From NCBI GenBank assembly GCA_016186425.1, contig JACPLR010000005.1, positions 27,312 through 59,311 on the forward strand: a stretch of DNA of 32,000 nt, read 5' to 3'. This document shows, piece after piece, positions 8,794 to 17,585 of this stretch (positions within the stretch are counted from its first letter, which is position 1; each line of letters begins with the position of its first letter). The notes beneath the pieces were generated by a model. The model was not told where the DNA came from, made no database searches, and saw nothing but the letters and a program-made list of their open reading frames with translations. A program made the position numbers and the translations under genes. The stretch is from Candidatus Pacearchaeota archaeon (lineage in GTDB: Archaea > Nanobdellota > Nanobdellia > Pacearchaeales > GW2011-AR1).

Positions 8794-9225
8794 TTAAAAA
8801 TAAAACTCATCAGATATTTCTGCAAAATCCATTTGCTCGTTTACTTTATTTTTTACAATTAAATCCATAAGTTTAAATGTTATTTGCTCTCTTGAAGGAA
8901 TAGGCAATCTTCTATATTTTTCATAAAGTATATTCTCCCATTCGCCTGGAATATAAATAGTTTCATTTAAGCATGGAAATTCATCATCTTGAATATAATC
9001 ATATTCAGCCTTGTAAACTAGGCTTCCATTGTATACTGCACTATTTTTATATGGGCCATCTTGATCACCCGAAGATCTTAAAACAAGACTATTAAATGTT
9101 AAATAAAAATCAAAATAAGAGAGATTAAACCATTCTCCATTAAAATTATCCCCATTTCTTTCAGGAAAACCATTTCCAAATTCAAAGCATAATGCTTCAA
9201 TCATGTAAGAAATATTTTCTTTCAT
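8794..9225 (-). CDS. hypothetical protein (143 aa)
   Basis: ORF with ordinary composition, no family recognised. Confidence 0.4.
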   Translation of the reverse strand: MKENISYMIEALCFEFGNGFPERNGDNFNGEWFNLSYFDFYLTFNSLVLRSSGDQDGPYKNSAVYNGSLVYKAEYDYIQDDEFPCLNETIYIPGEWENILYEKYRRLPIPSREQITFKLMDLIVKNKVNEQMDFAEISDEFYF

Positions 9226-9373
9226 AAAACAAGCAATTTTACCTATATTTTAAAATTAATTATACTCCATTTAGAATATAATTTACCATTATTAAGTTCA
9301 AATAAAAGTTTAAAATGTCTAAAATATTTTGATTAATATGTACAAAGAAAGTATTTGCTTCACGGGTTAATAA

Positions 9374-9601
9374 GCTCGTGAGGTTAAAATAGGAAATAAG
9401 TATATAAATAAATTCTGTGAGAAATGTAAAGAAGAAACTTGGCATAGAGTTTTTAAGAGATATGGAAAAGGAAGGGGAGAGAACAAGAAAAGCAAAAGAG
9501 GCAAAAGTGTAAAAAGAGAGGTTATTTGGTGTTTAACTTGCCAGAAAAGAGCAATAATAAAATCAAGAAGAAGTAAAGTAACCCGGGCAGATTTTAAATA
9601 A
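9374..9601 (+). CDS. basic zinc-ribbon open frame (CxxC...CxxC), possibly eL42/L44e-like, with no ATG/GTG/TTG start
   Basis: Hand translation gives AREVKIGNKYINKFCEKCKEETWHRVFKRYGKGRGENKKSKRGKSVKREVIWCLTCQKRAIIKSRRSKVTRADFK*. The frame is bounded upstream by TAA TAA. Confidence 0.3.
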   Translation, partial: AREVKIGNKYINKFCEKCKEETWHRVFKRYGKGRGENKKSKRGKSVKREVIWCLTCQKRAIIKSRRSKVTRADFK

Positions 9602-9675
9602 TTTTTATCTAACCGAAACCTTTAAATATTTACACATATTATAAATATTGATAAATAAATACACAAATAGTAAAA

Positions 9676-9906
9676 ATGACAACGATAACTCTTTCTATAC
9701 CAGAAGACCTTAAGAAAAGAATGGATAATTTTGAAGAAATAAACTGGAGTGCCGTAGCTAGGGAAGCATTTGCAGAAAAAATAAATGATATGGAATTTAT
9801 AAAAAGATTCAAAGAGAAGAGCAAAATAACTGAGGCTGATGCCTTAAGGCTTGGTAAAGAGGTTAGTAGAGGAATAAGTAATAGGCTGAAAAAAATGATG
9901 AGGTAA
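9676..9906 (+). CDS. antitoxin-like small protein (ribbon-helix-helix-like N-terminus)
   Basis: MTTITLSIPEDLKKRMD is an RHH-type beta-strand/helix start. Its stop lies 3 nt before the PIN gene. Confidence 0.55.
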   Translation: MTTITLSIPEDLKKRMDNFEEINWSAVAREAFAEKINDMEFIKRFKEKSKITEADALRLGKEVSRGISNRLKKMMR

Positions 9907-9909
9907 GTT

Positions 9910-10320
9910 ATGAATCTCATCATTGACGCCAATATTCTATTTTCAGCATTAATTAAAGATAACCTTAGCCATACTCTTTTGTTTAACGAAAAATTTCGCT
10001 TGTTCACGCCAGAATATATTTTTACAGAATTAGAAGAACATAAAGAAGAAATTCTTGATAAGACAGAAAGAACAACAGAAGAATTTTTTAAAATGATAGA
10101 AACTTTAAAGAGAAGAATCGTTATCGTTCCTTTAGAAGAATTAGTTCCTTATATTGAAGAAGCGGAAAATATAACTCTAGATACAGATGATATGGCATAT
10201 TTCGCACTTGCGTTAAAATTAAAATGCCCTATTTGGAGCAATGATAAGCATCTTAAGAATCAAGACAAAGTTATAATATATTCAACAGAGGATTTATTGA
10301 ATGTTTTAGGAGATTATTAA
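9910..10320 (+). CDS. PIN-domain protein (VapC-like toxin)
   Basis: IIDANILFSALI (first acidic residue), TELEEH, DTDDMAYFALAL, WSNDKHL. The spacing is typical of a PIN domain. Confidence 0.72.
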   Translation: MNLIIDANILFSALIKDNLSHTLLFNEKFRLFTPEYIFTELEEHKEEILDKTERTTEEFFKMIETLKRRIVIVPLEELVPYIEEAENITLDTDDMAYFALALKLKCPIWSNDKHLKNQDKVIIYSTEDLLNVLGDY

Positions 10321-10336
10321 TTAATTAGGTTCATTT

Positions 10337-10687
10337 TCAAAACATTACTTTCATCATCTCAGTATAACCCAATAAGCCTTCTTGAGTTGTAGGAAACTTT
10401 TCTAAATTAGGATTAAATTCATAATTCCTAAAAACTTCATTCATGCCTATAAAGGTAAAATATTCATTAATCTCTCTTAATATTTTAACAACATATCTTT
10501 TATTATTTCTATCATTTGAATTATCACTGTTTGCAAATATTAAATCTTGAATTAAATTGCCAATCATATAGCCAAAGTGGCATGTTCTTTTTAAACCAGC
10601 AGTTAATTCTACTTGCTCTTCAGTTTCTCTTATTTTATTAATAATATCTGATAATCTTTCATTAGTTAAAATATTCATTGAATTCAA
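10337..10687 (-). CDS. hypothetical protein (116 aa), third gene of the ImmA-like cassette
   Basis: ORF starting 21 nt downstream of 10709..10984. Confidence 0.4.
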   Translation of the reverse strand: MNSMNILTNERLSDIINKIRETEEQVELTAGLKRTCHFGYMIGNLIQDLIFANSDNSNDRNNKRYVVKILREINEYFTFIGMNEVFRNYEFNPNLEKFPTTQEGLLGYTEMMKVMF

Positions 10688-10708
10688 GAAATAATACTCT
10701 TAATAAAA

Positions 10709-10984
10709 CTACTGGTTTTCAAAGCTAACTCTTGATTCCAATTCTTTTTGTTTTTCTTTCAACTCCTCTATTTTTCTGTCAGTTTCTCCTATTATTAAGG
10801 AATAGGCAATAACATCTTCAACAGAATTTTTATCACTAACTCCTGCTGCAGATGCAATAGTTTTTGCCGGAAGCAAAATAGCTTCACTCATTACTTTAGG
10901 AAGTTTTTTTTGTTCTGGTTCTATTAAAGCATCTGTCATACTTTCCAGTACATCTATAGCTCCTTTTTCAACACCGCTAATCAT
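10709..10984 (-). CDS. hypothetical protein (91 aa) with coiled-coil tail
   Basis: ORF with C-terminal IEELKEKQKELESRV. Confidence 0.4.
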   Translation of the reverse strand: MISGVEKGAIDVLESMTDALIEPEQKKLPKVMSEAILLPAKTIASAAGVSDKNSVEDVIAYSLIIGETDRKIEELKEKQKELESRVSFENQ

Positions 10985-11121
10985 TCTTTGAGGTGCATCG
11001 ACAATATACTCAAATGTATTCTGCGGATTATTAAGTCTAAATTCACTTTCAAAATAATTTTTTTGCGATTTTAAGAATTATTTGGATAAATTTATAAAAT
11101 ATAAAAAGAAGTCATAAAAGC

Positions 11122-12165
11122 TTAATCCTTTGGAGTAGCTCTCACTAATAAATATTTTTCTGATTTAACAAAATCAAATTCTTCTTTAAATGCAACACAA
11201 TCGCACCTACACACCGTCTTTTCTCTTTTCCAGCCATTTTTTTTTCTTATAGTAAAAATACCTATATTTCTTCTATCTTGCTCTCCCAATTCAAGTTTAT
11301 CAAACCAATCCTCTAAAAAATAGTAATCTCCACCAAACTCTTTAGAAACCCGTTGTTGTTTAGCAGGAGTTTCGCGACGATAGGAATCAACAGGCTCATT
11401 AGGAAAATTAAGAAGCCTATAATTTCTACAAGGAGAGCTTTGATAAAGTATATATACGCTAGTACGAAACTTATCAGGATTAGAATCATTATACTCTTTT
11501 TTTTGATCAAGATAAAAAAATGATGAATTATTAAGAAATCCATTTAATCTGCCAATAATTGAGGCTACAGGAACTTTCTTTTCTTTTGAGAATGTGAGAA
11601 TATCTTGGTTTGAAACATGATCTAAATCCAATTCTCTAATTGTATTATCTGGCAAAATTAAGTTATTTGCAAAAACATCACAATAATTTTCATCATTTCT
11701 CAGACTATGTGTAATTTTTTTTCTTGCATTATGAATTCCACTATATGAAAGGTCCCTTAATAATTCTTGAGCATATAAAGCCTGTTTTAAATAATGCCCA
11801 AATTCATGGGCAATTGTAAAAGCCCCACCACCAGTTCTTAAAATATCAGTTGCTATTGAAATCTCCATCTTTCTAGGCTTAGATTCAGAAGCACCAATAG
11901 AACCATATACTAAACCATTATCCTCTTCAACAAATTCAATTTCTAAATAACCAAGTAATTTCTTTAATAATCCAACATTAAATTCCTTTCCTTGTGAAAC
12001 AAGTCTTGCCAATTCTCCTGCAGCCGGAAAAGGATCAATACTAAGCTGAGATAAAAAAGGAAAAACATGATAGCAAGGGGGGGCGTGCCTAAAATGGTTT
12101 AAAGATCTTAGACTAAACTTAAAACCATTTTTCGCTTCTATCTCAACTAATTTTCTTAATCCCAT
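11122..12165 (-). CDS. ImmA/IrrE-like zinc metallopeptidase (HEXXH) with a large C-terminal extension
   Basis: The motif FTIAHEFGHYLKQ is typical of the ImmA/IrrE (DUF955) family. The C-terminal ~200 aa are unassigned and contain CRCDC. Confidence 0.55.
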   Translation of the reverse strand: MGLRKLVEIEAKNGFKFSLRSLNHFRHAPPCYHVFPFLSQLSIDPFPAAGELARLVSQGKEFNVGLLKKLLGYLEIEFVEEDNGLVYGSIGASESKPRKMEISIATDILRTGGGAFTIAHEFGHYLKQALYAQELLRDLSYSGIHNARKKITHSLRNDENYCDVFANNLILPDNTIRELDLDHVSNQDILTFSKEKKVPVASIIGRLNGFLNNSSFFYLDQKKEYNDSNPDKFRTSVYILYQSSPCRNYRLLNFPNEPVDSYRRETPAKQQRVSKEFGGDYYFLEDWFDKLELGEQDRRNIGIFTIRKKNGWKREKTVCRCDCVAFKEEFDFVKSEKYLLVRATPKD

Positions 12166-12205
12166 AAAAATTAATTTAGAATTATACTTTTTAAGAATTA
12201 TTATA

Positions 12206-14395
12206 CTACTGATTCTCCGCCAATCCTTTCCTGTTTCTGATTTTTCTTACAACTTCACTTTGTAATTCAGTTGGCATTTTTTCAAATGACTGATCTTCTA
12301 AACTTGAAACTCCTCTACCTTCTGTTGCAGACCTTAAGTCGCTGCTCCATCCCAACATTTCAGCTACAGGCAGTTTTGCAGTTACTTTAACTCCAACTTC
12401 GTCCTGCTGAACGTCAATTAACTGTCCCCTCTTGCTTGAAACTAATTTTGTAACAGTGCTCATGTATTCTGAAGGCGCTTCAATTAAGTGTACTTGCAAC
12501 GGCTCAAAAAGAGAAATTCCCGCATCTCTCATAGCGCTTGAAATAGAATCTCTTATTGCAGGATAAACCTGTGCAGGCCCACGATGAATTGCATCTTCAT
12601 GAAGTTTTATATCAGCAAGCCTTAGTTTCATTTTCATGCATGGCTCTCTTGCTAATGGTCCAGCATCAATGACCTGCTCAAAAGCATCTAAAATCAAGTC
12701 AATTACCTCAATCATATGTACTTCACCTCTTGTATCATCAACAAAAACACATCCCTTGTAAATATCTCTGACATTTCTTATCTCATCATTTGGAATTCCT
12801 AACTCAGATAATTTCTTGAACATTGTATCATCTCTTTTCTTATATCTTCTCTCAGATATTTCTCCTTTCTTAATTGCATCATAAACTTCATCTTCTAAAG
12901 GCTCAACAGTTATGAAAAAGGAATTATGTTTATTTGGAGATTTACCTTCCTGAACTTTTGATTTTCTTACAACAGTCTCTCTGTAAACAACAATCGGAGC
13001 AGAGGTTTTTATCTCCAGTCCTTTTTCAGTCACTATTCTATTTTCAATAATTTCTAAATGCAGTTCTCCCATTCCTGAAACTAAATTTTCTCCTGTTTCC
13101 TCATTAATTTCAACCTTAAGGCTTGGGTCTTCTTTTACAACTTTTCTCAAAACTTCCACAAGCTTTGGAAGATCAACCATTTTCTTCGGCTCAATAGCTT
13201 TTGTAATAACTGGCTCAAAAATATGTTTGATTTCTTCAAAAGGTGTTTCAGGTTTTATTGTAATTGTTTCTCCAACATCCCCGACAATTCCTGCAATTGC
13301 AAGAACATTTCCTGCAGGAATATGTTCTACTTGTTCTGGCTTAATTCCGTTGTAAACTAAAACTTGCTGAACTCTTTGATTCTTTTTTTCATTATTAAGA
13401 TAAACTTCCATTCCTGGTTCCAAGCTTCCTGAAAATAATCTTCCTGCTGAAATTTCTTTTCCAGATCTTGGATCAATAACAATTCTTGTAATTATAAATG
13501 CTAATTCTCCTTTTGGATCGCAGTTAACAAGGCTTTTTCCAAACTCGCTTTCAAGATCTCCATGCCAGATTTTTGGAATTCTGTATTTCTGCGCTTCAAT
13601 CGGGTTTGGAAGATGCTTGATTGTCATGTCCAAAATAACTTCAAATAAAGGCGCATTTTTCCATGTCCATTCTTTCCTTTGTTCTTCATCCATGCTATAC
13701 AATTCAAAAATATTTTTAAAAGTAACTCCTTTCTTTTTCATAAAAGGAAGAGACAATGCCCAATTATCTCTGGCACTTCCAAAAGCAACACTTCCCTCAT
13801 TAATATCCACCTGCCATTTTTCCTTGTATTCTGGCTCTGCAATTCTCTCAATTAATTTATTAAAATCTTTGTAAATCTTGATAAATCTCTCCTGCATTTG
13901 TTCAGGAGTCATTTTCAGCTCTTTAATCAGCCTGTCAACTTTATTAATAAATAAAATTGGCTTTACTCTTTCTCTTAAAGCTTGTTTCAGAACAGTTTCT
14001 GTCTGAGGCATGATTCCTTCGCTTGCACAAACTAAAACAATCGTGCCATCAATAGCACGCATTGCACGAGTTACATTTCCAGAAAAATCTACATGCCCCG
14101 GAGTGTCAATTAAATTAATCAAGTATTCCTGGCCGTGAAAATCATGAACCATTGAAACATTTGCAGCATCAACAGTCATTAATCTTTCCTGTTCATCTGA
14201 ATGCTGCCATGTTGCCATTCCAGCCTCTAAATCCCCGGCAGATTTTGCAGCCATCATTCCTGCTGCAGCAAGCAAATTATCTGTGAAGGCCGTTTTACCG
14301 TGATGTATATGTGCACTGGTTGCTATATTTCTGATAGTTTCCTGGTTATTAGTCAGTCTTTCAATTTTCTCAACTTTTTTTTCTTCTTGTGCCAT
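12206..14395 (-). CDS. fusA: translation elongation factor aEF-2
   Basis: AHIHHGKT, DTPGHVDF, NKVDR GTPase motifs. The diphthamide-site context HEDAIHRGPAQV is present. 729 aa. Confidence 0.95.
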   Translation of the reverse strand: MAQEEKKVEKIERLTNNQETIRNIATSAHIHHGKTAFTDNLLAAAGMMAAKSAGDLEAGMATWQHSDEQERLMTVDAANVSMVHDFHGQEYLINLIDTPGHVDFSGNVTRAMRAIDGTIVLVCASEGIMPQTETVLKQALRERVKPILFINKVDRLIKELKMTPEQMQERFIKIYKDFNKLIERIAEPEYKEKWQVDINEGSVAFGSARDNWALSLPFMKKKGVTFKNIFELYSMDEEQRKEWTWKNAPLFEVILDMTIKHLPNPIEAQKYRIPKIWHGDLESEFGKSLVNCDPKGELAFIITRIVIDPRSGKEISAGRLFSGSLEPGMEVYLNNEKKNQRVQQVLVYNGIKPEQVEHIPAGNVLAIAGIVGDVGETITIKPETPFEEIKHIFEPVITKAIEPKKMVDLPKLVEVLRKVVKEDPSLKVEINEETGENLVSGMGELHLEIIENRIVTEKGLEIKTSAPIVVYRETVVRKSKVQEGKSPNKHNSFFITVEPLEDEVYDAIKKGEISERRYKKRDDTMFKKLSELGIPNDEIRNVRDIYKGCVFVDDTRGEVHMIEVIDLILDAFEQVIDAGPLAREPCMKMKLRLADIKLHEDAIHRGPAQVYPAIRDSISSAMRDAGISLFEPLQVHLIEAPSEYMSTVTKLVSSKRGQLIDVQQDEVGVKVTAKLPVAEMLGWSSDLRSATEGRGVSSLEDQSFEKMPTELQSEVVRKIRNRKGLAENQ

Positions 14396-14610
14396 TTTAT
14401 TTATTTCCTTTTTGTTTTATCTTTATTTTATTTAAAGGTTTTCAAAGGGTTTATTTTGTCTTTTTTATTTATTTTCTTTTTTAATATAAATAAGGTAATA
14501 TAATCAGATAACATAATATCAGTTTAATAGTTATAACTTAACTTAAGCCATCTATATTATAACTTGTAAGAAAAATAGTTTTTAAAGCTTTTTATTAGCT
14601 TTTTGTTGCC

Positions 14611-15105
14611 TTAATCTCCGTTATATTCATAAGAAAGTTGATTATATTCTTCAGTATCATATGAGCAAATGCCTTTATCATGCCATAATACAAATTTATC
14701 AATTCCAACATCTAATGCTAATTTACTGCAATGTGTGCAATAGGGCATTCCAGCTTTCAATATTTTATTTTCTTGGCTAAGCCTTATGAAATATAAACTA
14801 GAACCAGATACTTCATGTGGATTTTTAGAAACAGCGTCTATTATTGCTCTTTGTTCAGCATGGATACAGCATGACTTATCTCCAACTTTATCATGATAAG
14901 AGATTTTATCAATTAAACATCTTCTTTGTGATTCACGATTTCCAGGAGGGGAGTTAAACCCTCTTCCAATTGTTCTTCTGCTTTCACTATCAACAACAAT
15001 TGAACCGCATTTGCTTCTTAAACATGTTGAGAATTTTGCAACTTCAAGAGCTTGCATCATGAATTTTTCAGCCAAGTTTTTTTTCTTGCCGATTAGGTAT
15101 ATCAT
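14611..15105 (-). CDS. dCMP/cytidine deaminase family zinc enzyme
   Basis: CIHAEQRAI (H-A-E) and PYCTHCSKL (P-C-x-x-C) zinc-binding motifs. Confidence 0.8.
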   Translation of the reverse strand: MIYLIGKKKNLAEKFMMQALEVAKFSTCLRSKCGSIVVDSESRRTIGRGFNSPPGNRESQRRCLIDKISYHDKVGDKSCCIHAEQRAIIDAVSKNPHEVSGSSLYFIRLSQENKILKAGMPYCTHCSKLALDVGIDKFVLWHDKGICSYDTEEYNQLSYEYNGD

Positions 15106-15178
15106 AAAAATATAAAATTTAACTGAATTTAAAGATTTATATTCTTGTACATATTAAATTAGAATTAAACTAAAACTA

Positions 15179-15340
15179 GGAACTTACTCTAATAAATCAG
15201 GTAAAAATATGTTATGTTTTCAGAACAATTTTGAAAATACTGCAATAAACAAATTTAAAGGAAAGTTTGATAAAGAAAACCATTGGTTGTCTTTATTTTG
15301 AATCTCTACAATACTAAATTTCTTATTTAAAGAAATTTAA
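15179..15340 (+). repeat. composite intergenic repeat: X arm + 18-mer arm + hairpin element + Y module with terminal hairpin
   Basis: The 15179-15247 part matches 29748-29816. The 15258-15299 part matches 17858-17900. The 15296-15340 part matches 20503-20550 and 29798-29845. Confidence 0.8.
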
Positions 15341-15421
15341 CCTATAATATTTTAAAATATAACAATGTTAAACCACTTAAGTTTAATTATCAGTCCTATG
15401 TATTTTCAGATTAAGTAAATA

Positions 15422-15448
15422 AATTTAGTTGGACTATGGACACTAAAT
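15422..15448 (+). repeat. 26-nt module aatttagttggactatggacactaaa, inverted copy of 1011..1037
   Basis: Reverse complement of tttagtgtacatagtccaactaaaatt with one mismatch and one indel. Confidence 0.65.
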
Positions 15449-15467
15449 TAATATTAATTATATTTTT

Positions 15468-15974
15468 TCACAGCCAAGGATTCCTGGCAATATGGCACGA
15501 GTTTACGCCATGATTCTTGATATAATCCTGATGGTAATATTCAGCAGCATAAAATTCACTGGCTTTTGTTATTTCTGTAACAATTTTTTTAGGAATTTTC
15601 TTCTGAATTTTTCTCATTGAAACTTCTGCTAGTTTCTTTTGTTCAGCATTATGATAAAATATCACACTTCTATACTGAGATCCAACATCTGGCCACTGCA
15701 TATTCATTGTTGTAGGATCATGGCTTTTCCAGAATACTTCAAGTAGTTTTTCATAACTTATTTTTTCAGAATCAAAAATAACTTCAACAGCTTCGGCATG
15801 GCCTGATTTATCTGAACAAACTTGCTCATAAGTTGGATTTTTTGTTTTTCCTCCAGTATATCCAACTCTTGTTTTAACAACTCCTGGCAGCTTCTGAAAC
15901 TGGTATTCAAATCCCCAAAAGCAACCTCCTGCAAATGTTGCTTTTTGCAGCATTTGTTTATTGGAGTTTTTCAT
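15468..15974 (-). CDS. msrA: peptide methionine-S-sulfoxide reductase
   Basis: GGCFWG active-site motif, YHQDY near the C-terminus, 168 aa. Confidence 0.9.
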   Translation of the reverse strand: MKNSNKQMLQKATFAGGCFWGFEYQFQKLPGVVKTRVGYTGGKTKNPTYEQVCSDKSGHAEAVEVIFDSEKISYEKLLEVFWKSHDPTTMNMQWPDVGSQYRSVIFYHNAEQKKLAEVSMRKIQKKIPKKIVTEITKASEFYAAEYYHQDYIKNHGVNSCHIARNPWL

Positions 15975-16031
15975 AAATAATATAATAAGAAGGAGTATAA
16001 ATAAATTGTGAAAGAAGAAAGAGGATAATAA

Positions 16032-16715
16032 TTAATTAGCAGTCCATAACCTTTCTTTTAATTCAGCAAATTTATTTGAAGCTTCATTTTTTCCATCAAA
16101 TCTTGAGAGAAATAATTTTCTTATTTCTACTATGGAAATTTTACCATGAATATAATCATAATAAAGTCTTTCTCCAAGGCCATACCCTTGCTGATGAATA
16201 AATAATTCCTCAAAATCAAAATCTCGACCATATCTTCGCTCAAGATTCTTTCTAAATTCATTCTGATTTTTTTTATCTAGTCTTGAGAGATCGGGCCATT
16301 TAGTATATCCGCTAGTAACCTCTGATCCGGCAATTTTTGCACCAAAAAAACCAAGCATTTCAATTAAGATTTCAAGACAAATACTATTTTTCGTTATATT
16401 TGGTCTTTTATTATCAATTCCAGAAACTGAAAAATGGAAAAAATGTGCTGATTCTTCAGCAATTTCATGAGTTCTATAATCATTTAAAATAATGACCTTA
16501 AATTTTGGGATAAAATAACTTGCTTTAGATTTTTTTCTGTTTTCAAATTCCTCCCATAAATAGTCCGGCAATCCTGTGTCTTCAAAGTATATTGTTTTTC
16601 CAGTCCAAAATACTTCTGGATAGGAAGGTACATCTAATCCAATTTCATCAGAAATTTCATCAACAGACTCATGAACTTTAGATTCAATTTCATGCTGTCT
16701 TTCACACCATCTCAT
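16032..16715 (-). CDS. hypothetical protein (227 aa)
   Basis: ORF with ordinary composition. Contains HEIAEESAHFFH, which is not a canonical HEXXH. No family recognised. Confidence 0.45.
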   Translation of the reverse strand: MRWCERQHEIESKVHESVDEISDEIGLDVPSYPEVFWTGKTIYFEDTGLPDYLWEEFENRKKSKASYFIPKFKVIILNDYRTHEIAEESAHFFHFSVSGIDNKRPNITKNSICLEILIEMLGFFGAKIAGSEVTSGYTKWPDLSRLDKKNQNEFRKNLERRYGRDFDFEELFIHQQGYGLGERLYYDYIHGKISIVEIRKLFLSRFDGKNEASNKFAELKERLWTAN

Positions 16716-16776
16716 TAATTAATTTAATAATCCGGGATTAATAAACATTTATGGGATATGAATTACTTTTTATTAA

Positions 16777-17412
16777 TTATCTCGCCCCGTCAGCCTGCTT
16801 TTCAAGGTCATTCTTCTTTGAATATGCAAAACTATCTCCGGAGCTGTTTGCAGTTGTAATTATTTCTTCAGCAAGTGTTTGAGAGAAATGTTTTTTCTTG
16901 TTAAATGCCTTGTCTTGTGCGCCATGAACAATGTTTCTTATGGCAAGAGAAACTCTTCTATGCGGAGAGCAATCAACAGCTTGCGGGTATCTTGCTCCCC
17001 CATACTGAATCATTGTAACTTCATCTCTTGGTGATCCTTTTTCAACAGCATTAACTAAAACCTGTATAGGATTTTGTTTTGTTTTTTCCTGGATTATTTT
17101 AAATGCTTCAAGAACAATGTCAGTATTTGAATTATATTTCCCGCTTGCCCAGCTAGTCATTACTTTGTGCTTTTTTCCTCTATGGCCAGGCACGGCAATA
17201 TAATTAATAAGTCTCTCAATGATATTCACTTTGGTTTTTCCAAATCTTTCTCTTATTTTTCCTCTTGATTTTATAACAAGTTTGTAATCGAGGTTAATCA
17301 CATTTTTGAGGCCTGGATCATTTACAATAACTTCGTTTATGTCATATAAATCAAATATTTTCAATTCTTCTTTACTATTTTTTTCAGTTTGTTGTTCTGA
17401 TTTTTGTTCCAT
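16777..17412 (-). CDS. rps7: 30S ribosomal protein uS7
   Basis: IIERLINYIAVPGH ... QYGGARYPQAVDCSPHRRVSLAIRNI is typical of archaeal S7/S5e. Confidence 0.9.
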   Translation of the reverse strand: MEQKSEQQTEKNSKEELKIFDLYDINEVIVNDPGLKNVINLDYKLVIKSRGKIRERFGKTKVNIIERLINYIAVPGHRGKKHKVMTSWASGKYNSNTDIVLEAFKIIQEKTKQNPIQVLVNAVEKGSPRDEVTMIQYGGARYPQAVDCSPHRRVSLAIRNIVHGAQDKAFNKKKHFSQTLAEEIITTANSSGDSFAYSKKNDLEKQADGAR

Positions 17413-17419
17413 TTTAATA

Positions 17420-17584
17420 TTAATCTTTTGTATTATTGTTTAATAATCTTTGGTGATCTTCAAATTCTTCTGCCCTTACCATTGCTTTTTCTTCTTTTCT
17501 GCCATTATAAGATATTATTTTACGTTCAATATATGGTTTAAATGCTGTTTCATATTCATGAGTAATTTCTCTGATATGTCTCAT
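17420..17584 (-). CDS. possible small ORF (54 aa) between rps12 and rps7
   Basis: Hand translation gives MRHIREITHEYETAFKPYIERKIISYNGRKEEKAMVRAEEFEDHQRLLNNNTKD. Its ATG lies 1 nt after the stop of 17586..17825, and its stop lies 7 nt before the rps7 ATG. Confidence 0.3.
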   Translation of the reverse strand: MRHIREITHEYETAFKPYIERKIISYNGRKEEKAMVRAEEFEDHQRLLNNNTKD

Positions 17585-17585
17585 T

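Noticed and set aside
9260-9445. 61-aa minus-strand ORF
   Set aside because: It is a low-complexity Phe/Leu/Asn/Ile frame in an AT-rich spacer. It overlaps the more protein-like plus-strand zinc-ribbon frame.
9639-10007. 122-aa minus-strand ORF overlapping the VapB-like and PIN genes
   Set aside because: It has a Leu/Ser/Ile/Phe-rich composition. The plus-strand pair has recognisable RHH and PIN features and operon geometry.
11313-11543. 76-aa minus-strand ORF in another frame inside the ImmA-like gene
   Set aside because: It is an overlapping alternative frame with Ile/Leu/Phe-rich composition. The 347-aa frame carries the HEXXH motif.
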